A stretch of DNA of 32,074 bases. Source: PVC group bacterium. GTDB lineage: Bacteria > Verrucomicrobiota > Kiritimatiellia > CAIKKV01 > PXCX01. The notes below the pieces were generated by a model that searched no databases, was not told the DNA's origin, and worked only from the letters and a program-made list of their open reading frames with translations. The position numbers were made by a program, and so were the translations under genes. This document shows, in pieces, positions 27,668 through 32,074 of the stretch. How positions within the stretch are numbered: position 1 is the stretch's first letter; the number at the start of each line of letters is the position of its first letter. The stretch spans positions 1 through 32,074 of the forward strand of contig PXCX01000180.1 in NCBI GenBank assembly GCA_003565195.1, read 5' to 3'.

Positions 27668-28629
27668 GCAAAAACCCCTTTCGTCAGCGAGGATGCCTTT
27701 GGCCAGGCATCCGCTTCGGCATGAGCCACCGCTTGTTGGACGCGCCGTCGCGTTTCCTGCATCAGGCGCTGGTGTTCGCCGGATATCAACACGCCGCGCG
27801 TCAGTAAAATACGGCGCATGCGTTGGATAGGATCGCGTTTCCGCCAGGCGACCTTTTCCTGCGGCGCACGATAGACACAGGGATCGCCCCGTGAATGTCC
27901 GCAATAACGATAGGTATGGCACTCGATCAGTGTCGGTCCGTCACCTTTCGCGGCGCGCCGACGGGCATTAGTCACCGCGCGCCACACCGCTTCCAGATCG
28001 TTGCCGTCGGTTTCCTCGCCTGCGATACCGTATGCCTGGGCGCGTCGCGCGATGGATCCACCTGCAATCGAACGCGCAACCGGCATGCTCATGGCATACC
28101 CGTTGTTCTCGCAAAGAAAAACGACCGGCAGTTTCCATAGGGCGGCCATATTGAGACATTCGTGGAAAACCCCCTGATTCGAGGCGCCGTCGCCGAAAAA
28201 ACATAAGGTAACCCGTGATCGGTTCTGTAAGCGTGCCGCCAGTGCGACACCGGTGGCTACCGACAGGCTGCCGCCCGTGATCCCGTTGGCGCCCAGGTAT
28301 CCAATCCGGTAATCCGCCATGAACTGGCTGCCGCCGCGACCGCCCGAGTATCCGGATCGTTTGCCGTACAATTCCGCCATGATCCGGTCCGGATTCCCGC
28401 CGCGCGCCAGAAAATGGCCATGTCCGCGATGGGTACTGGTCAAGGCATCGCTTTTGCGTAAGGCCATCACGGCACCCACCGCCGTGGCCTCCTGGCCGAT
28501 GCATAAGTGCGCGGTACCGGTGATCTTGCCGGCCAGAAACAAGCGTTCGACTCGTAATTCAAATTCGCGGATCAACAGCATGCGCTGATACGCCGCACGT
28601 AATTTCTTGGCTGAAATGGACTGGGACAT
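27664..28629 (-). CDS. TPP-dependent 2-oxoacid/acetoin dehydrogenase E1 component, alpha subunit
   Basis: 321 aa with ATG at 28629. Motifs are MLLIREFE, GTAHLCIGQEA, THRGHGH, and the TPP-binding FFGDGASNQGVFHECLNMAALWKLPVVFLCENNGYAMS. The stop is TGA. Confidence 0.9.
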   Translation of the reverse strand: MSQSISAKKLRAAYQRMLLIREFELRVERLFLAGKITGTAHLCIGQEATAVGAVMALRKSDALTSTHRGHGHFLARGGNPDRIMAELYGKRSGYSGGRGGSQFMADYRIGYLGANGITGGSLSVATGVALAARLQNRSRVTLCFFGDGASNQGVFHECLNMAALWKLPVVFLCENNGYAMSMPVARSIAGGSIARRAQAYGIAGEETDGNDLEAVWRAVTNARRRAAKGDGPTLIECHTYRYCGHSRGDPCVYRAPQEKVAWRKRDPIQRMRRILLTRGVLISGEHQRLMQETRRRVQQAVAHAEADAWPKASSLTKGVFA

Positions 28630-28668
28630 GATAAACCTTGCAACCGATACTCAACGTCCAATACCCGG

Positions 28669-29949
28669 TCAGCATCCAGAATATCCGTCGGAATTGACGG
28701 ATTCAGCAGAGCCGGTGGCATGATGCCCGCCGCCGTCGGTTGATTTCCGCGGTTTGATGACCATCGCAACCAGATTGCCGCCGGGACAAAATGTATTGAT
28801 CAATATCGGACCCTCTTCAACACGCCTCGCTTGTGATGAAAAATCTATCCTATTTAAATTCGGATTGCACGTCAAGTTGCCGGGTAAAGCAGGCAAACGA
28901 CGATCTTGCATGATGCCGAGAGCCAATGCCATGCGTAATCCCGTGCCGGCGGCCAGGGTTTCGCCCAGTAACGGTGCCGGCGTCCAAATCGTCAACGGAG
29001 TTTCACGTTCGCGCGCCATAACTTCCAGGGCATCGCCTTCCCAGTCGTCAAGACAAGGATCGCCCGCGCCATGCGCGCATACCCAGCTTAATTCACGAAC
29101 GGAACTCTCCGACCGTTCCAGCGCCCGTCGCATGATGGTCGCCGCATCGTGCGCCGAGCCAACCGACCCCCTGGCGCCGCCGGCCAGTTCCGCGCGAATG
29201 GTTGCGCCCCGGGCCACCGCATGCGACGCCGATTCCAATGCCAGAATCGCGGCGCCCTCGCCAAGAACAATGCCGTTGGCACGCCGGTCAAAAGAATAGA
29301 CGCCCTGCTCACCGCCGGCGCTGCCGGCCAGCGGCGACAACCGTTTTTCGGCGTGAAGTCCGCGAACCGTTAATGGATGCAGGGCATCGGCACCGCCTGC
29401 CAGCAAGGTGTGCGCGCGGCCCGTACCAATCCAGTCGGCAGCTTGCAAGACCGCCTCCGCGCCCGCAGTCCAGCCGCCGGCATAGACGGCATGCATCCCG
29501 CCAAGATTGAATTCGATCGCCGTCAGACTGGCGGCGCTATTGGCGTAAAGATGCGGAAACAAGACCGGTTTGGCGGACTGCGGTCCTTTATCCATAATAT
29601 CACCGTAATACAGCACCGATGTCGCCATATTGCCGTACATTGTGCCGAATAACCATCCGATATCGCCCACATCGTGTTCGCTGTCGAGACCAGCATCGGC
29701 CAACGTCAACGCTGTCGCCGCCAACGTCAATTCCGATGTCCGGTCCAGGTAGGCCTTGCGACTCTTCAAGTAAGCTGTGACCGAAAAATCATGGATCGCA
29801 CCGCTAAGCAGCGACCGTTTTCCGGACGGTAATTCGAAAACCTGGCAGCCGATCGCCGATTGCCCGTCCCGCAAGGTCTGGCCTAAGGTTTCGCCATTCG
29901 TGCCCAAGCCGCTGATAAAACCAATTCCGGTGATGACTACACGCTTCAT
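28669..29949 (-). CDS. beta-ketoacyl synthase (thiolase-fold, FabF-like) homolog lacking the catalytic Cys and the second catalytic His
   Basis: I prefer the ATG at 29949 (MKRVVITGIGFISGLGTNGETLGQTLRDGQSAIG, a typical KAS N-terminus). Further matches are FDRRANGIVLGEGAAILALE and VCAHGAGDP. The active-site position reads AGGWTAG (Trp160, TGG at 29472-29470) where FabF has ATACTSG. LLGETLAAG stands where FabF has TGHLLGAAG. Confidence 0.8.
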   Translation of the reverse strand: MKRVVITGIGFISGLGTNGETLGQTLRDGQSAIGCQVFELPSGKRSLLSGAIHDFSVTAYLKSRKAYLDRTSELTLAATALTLADAGLDSEHDVGDIGWLFGTMYGNMATSVLYYGDIMDKGPQSAKPVLFPHLYANSAASLTAIEFNLGGMHAVYAGGWTAGAEAVLQAADWIGTGRAHTLLAGGADALHPLTVRGLHAEKRLSPLAGSAGGEQGVYSFDRRANGIVLGEGAAILALESASHAVARGATIRAELAGGARGSVGSAHDAATIMRRALERSESSVRELSWVCAHGAGDPCLDDWEGDALEVMARERETPLTIWTPAPLLGETLAAGTGLRMALALGIMQDRRLPALPGNLTCNPNLNRIDFSSQARRVEEGPILINTFCPGGNLVAMVIKPRKSTDGGGHHATGSAESVNSDGYSGC

Positions 29950-30030
29950 TATAAACCATCCAACTGCCGACACGCGACTCGTTTGTTATGCAACCGCGAC
30001 AAGCCGTCTCGCTCTCTTTACCAACTCGGC

Positions 30031-30059
30031 AGTATGCCATCCATTACCGGAAAGTTCAA
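30031..30059 (-). promoter_or_regulatory. candidate promoter for the KS-like/E1/GT2 operon
   Basis: On the minus strand: -35 TTGAAC (30059-30054), a 17-nt spacer, and an extended -10 TGgCATACT (30039-30031). It lies about 80 nt upstream of the ATG at 29949. Confidence 0.3.
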
Positions 30060-30069
30060 TCGAAAAGGA

Positions 30070-30098
30070 TTGACTTTATGACCGTGGCGTCATACGCT
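30070..30098 (+). promoter_or_regulatory. candidate promoter for the tail-fibre-like gene
   Basis: TTGACT (30070-30075), a 17-nt spacer, and TACGCT (30093-30098), which keeps the T1, A2 and T6 positions. It sits back-to-back with the divergent promoter candidate, with the two -35 boxes 10 nt apart. Confidence 0.3.
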
Positions 30099-30246
30099 GC
30101 TCCCCTAGTAGGGGGGGAACGTGCCTTGTAACTTGACTCGGCTATCAGGGAACCTTTGAAAACATAGGGCAATACTTCGCCGGCCTTCCCCTCTGAAAGC
30201 TGCCGGGCAAAGCGAAGGTTGCCCTTGATACAGGGAGAGGTTCAAC

Positions 30247-31964
30247 ATGCTTGCAAGCAATTCGGAGCGGATCGGGTTCTTCGCGGTTTTGGGTTTTGGA
30301 TTGTTGTCTTCCAGTATTCTGACGGCCGCCGACGCCGACATCACGGCTCGACTCGACAGTACGGACGGCGGCAGTGCCTTTGTGGTCGAGGATGCGGCCA
30401 CCAACCAAATCTTCAAGATCGACTCGCAAGGTATGATGCAGGTAACCGGCCCATTAAGCAGTGCGGGCGGTTTCGTTGGCGACGGCGCCGGGTTAACCAA
30501 CCTGATCGAAGCTGATCCACTGTGGGCGCCGTCAGTAACGCCATTCTTTCGTCCACCTCCTTCTGGTGGCAGGCTCACGGCTGGGGCGATCATGCTGCCG
30601 CCGGATACATGACCAACTATTATGAGACCGATCCGGTCTGGGGCGCCGTCAGTAACGCCGTCATAACCCAGGCTGCCCTGGGCGAAACCGCTTATGGCTG
30701 GGGCGATCACGCCACTAAAGGGTATGCCGACTCAAATCTGGTGGAGGCAACCTACCTGAACAAGACCGGCGATCTGATGACAGGTGCGTTGCACATGAAT
30801 GTCGGCGTCGCAAGCAATATCGTAATCGGCAGTGACGGCGAGCACATCATCATCGGTAATCGCGCCGCGGCCGTCGGCGGCACCAATCGCATTGCGATTG
30901 GCCGACAGGTAACCAATACCGTGGACGAGTCAGTCCGGTTACGCGGCGACCTATACCTCGACGGGGGCACGACCGTGTTGACCCGACCGGCATTCGGCGC
31001 CGGACCGTTCGAACAACTACTCCCGATTGGTTCGCTAGAAAACGTGGTCTATGTCGCTCCCAATGGTACGAGTTCGGGTCCCGGCACGATTGACCGTCCG
31101 TTCGATACACCGCAACGTGGCTACAACCGGGCCGCAACCCTCTATACCAACACGCCGGCCGCCGTCGTGATCGCGGCAGGCTATTACGCTGGCGCTACAC
31201 TGACCATGACGGAGGGCAATATCCATGTCATCGGTCATGGCCGCGCTGAAATCGATGACTTGAATGTCAATGCCCCAGCCGAATTCATCCGCGGCAAACA
31301 ACGAATCGAAAATCTGGTGGTTCGCACCCGGACTACTGTTCAAAATACGGCCACGGACGTCAAATTTTTCAATTGCCGGTTTACCGGTGAAGGGTTGATT
31401 ATCAACGGCTCGGGTATTGAGGTGCATAATTGTTTTGCATCGAATGACGGCGCCGTCTCGGGCGTGGCTGTGACGATTGGCTTGGGGGTTGCCCTGACGG
31501 ATGTCGCGCTCTACCATTCGTCGTTCTACAATTCCGGGTTAAATCCAACTTTGCGGGTAGAGGAAAACGTCAGCAACTTCCAAGTTAAAGGCTGCCAGAT
31601 TGTCAACGCGGGCGGCGGCGCCTGCATCGAGGATCTTGAGCCGGGACCGATCAGCCCGTTGCATCTCTACACGCACAACTACATCAGGGGCACGGCGCCG
31701 GCGATTGACAGCGAGGAAGCGGTCCAAGATTTGGGTGGCGGGCACACGATTGCGTTTACGCACAACAAGGTATTAGGTCATGTAGGATTGAACGGCAACG
31801 AACAGTACTACGCCAACAATACTGTGTACGGCATTATCAACAACGTCGGAGGAAACGGGTTGCCGGGGTGGTCTCAGGCCGGGCAGGGAACCGGCGCTGA
31901 TGCCGCCGGCAACATCGAACACGAGGACAGCTTTCCTGATTTGCCGGCCGCCTGGTTGGATTGA
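30247..31964 (+). pseudogene. secreted tail-fibre-like / right-handed beta-helix (pectin-lyase-fold) protein, frame broken by a 1-nt deletion in the G-run at 30524-30526
   Basis: ORF 30247..30612 has a signal peptide (MLASNSERIGFFAVLGFGLLSSSILTAADA) and the motif GFVGDGAGLTNL. ORF 30522..31964 starts at a GTG inside a repeat unit. Adding one G gives ...EADPLWGAVSNA..., parallel to the second copy ETDPVWGAVSNA. Downstream are YLNKTGDLMTGALHM (a tail-fibre-type motif), VVYVAPNGTSSGPGTIDRPFDTPQRG and repeated N/C-ladder beta-helix turns. The RBS GGGAGAGG ends 6 nt before the ATG. Confidence 0.75.
30508..30740 (+). repeat. tandem 2 x 117-nt (39-aa) intragenic repeat
   Basis: Copy 1 is 30508-30623 (116 nt because of the missing G) and copy 2 is 30624-30740. 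The shared blocks GCGCCGTCAGTAACGCC (30526 and 30643) and GGCTGGGGCGATCA (30579 and 30696) are each exactly 117 nt apart. The peptide consensus is E-x-DP-x-WGAVSNA...GWGDHA..GY, with 19/39 identical residues. Confidence 0.8.
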
Positions 31965-31994
31965 CCGTCGGAACGAACGAAAGGAGATCAAATC

Positions 31995-32074
31995 ATGCGA
32001 TTTAATCAATATCGGTTCCAGTCGGCTATCCGCGGGATGACCATCGGCGTGGTGCTGTCGGTGGCGGGATCCTC
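31995..32074 (+). CDS. N-terminal fragment of a secreted or membrane protein; it continues beyond the right edge
   Basis: The ATG at 31995 is preceded by AAGGAG (31981-31986) at 8-nt spacing. The translation is MRFNQYRFQSAIRGMTIGVVLSVAGS..., open to the window end. Confidence 0.5.
   Translation, partial: MRFNQYRFQSAIRGMTIGVVLSVAGS

Noticed and set aside
30078-30131. 17-codon mini-ORF (MTVASYAAPLVGGERAL) that contains the G7 tract; a possible leader peptide.
   Set aside because: It has no ribosome-binding site and overlaps the best promoter match, so it would probably not be transcribed in full. It is too short to evaluate.
30160-30225. Possible c-di-GMP-I (GEMM-I) riboswitch, because of AGGGCAA... 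and ...GGGCAAAGC strings in the leader.
   Set aside because: Only short string resemblance exists. The helices I can draw do not reproduce the two-hairpin GNRA tetraloop/receptor architecture. The GAAA here sits in a 17-nt loop, not a closed tetraloop.
30517-30530. Programmed -1 ribosomal frameshift joining ORF 30247..30612 to ORF 30522..31964.
   Set aside because: The required shift occurs at CUG UGG GCG, which is not an X XXY YYZ slippery heptamer. No downstream stimulatory structure is obvious. The paralogous repeat copy shows that the simple explanation is one missing G.
30105-30710. 201-aa minus-strand ORF across the promoter region and the 5' part of the tail-fibre-like gene.
   Set aside because: It is antisense to a gene with clear repeat and motif structure, has no start context or motifs, and spans a region that is otherwise intergenic.
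30247-32074. Prophage or mobile element inferred from the tail-fibre-like gene.
   Set aside because: No integrase, att-like repeats, tRNA target, capsid, terminase or baseplate genes are visible in the window. A single tail-fibre-like domain protein with a Sec signal is not evidence of a prophage. The sequence to the right of the window is unseen.
1-32074. Search for CRISPR arrays, tRNA/rRNA/tmRNA genes, IS elements and long nucleotide repeats.
   Set aside because: The largest non-coding gaps are about 120-300 nt (10245-10450, 21627-21746, 24822-25029, 29950-30246). None shows cloverleaf or T-loop features, direct-repeat/spacer periodicity or terminal inverted repeats. The only tandem repeat found is intragenic (30508-30740).

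Overview
This 32-kb window is moderately GC-rich bacterial chromosome from a diderm organism. The taxon is not determinable here; the ABC-2/GldG/DUF4340 and TPR-ExbBD-TonB content is common in PVC-type and related phyla. It is densely coding and mostly housekeeping. I found no rRNA, tRNA, CRISPR array, IS element or integrase. Gene order: (minus) miaB (partial) <- AsmA-like <- DUF4340 <- GldG-like <- ABC-2 permease <- ABC ATPase <- pdxA <- surA-like; (plus) mutS -> TVP38/TMEM64; (minus) pncC <- TonB-like <- exbD <- exbB <- 862-aa TPR protein <- uvrA <- tyrS <- rpsA; (plus) coaX; (minus) GT2 glycosyltransferase <- E1-beta <- E1-alpha <- KS-like protein; (plus) a secreted tail-fibre-like/beta-helix protein and the start of another secreted or membrane protein. 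Points worth a second look: (1) tyrS is interrupted by one in-frame TAG at the substrate-binding Tyr, and its HIGH motif reads QIGN. TAG is not used as a stop by any of the 23 gene ends I read. (2) A tightly coupled four-gene operon combines a ketosynthase-fold protein lacking its catalytic Cys and second His, an orphan TPP-dependent E1 alpha/beta pair with no E2/E3, and a GT2 transferase. (3) The tail-fibre-like gene carries a 1-nt deletion in a G-run, shown by comparison with its own tandem repeat copy. (4) A 10-kb co-directional envelope string runs from surA to miaB with ATGA/TTGA start-stop overlaps. All family calls rest on motifs read by eye and recalled alignments, not on database searches.
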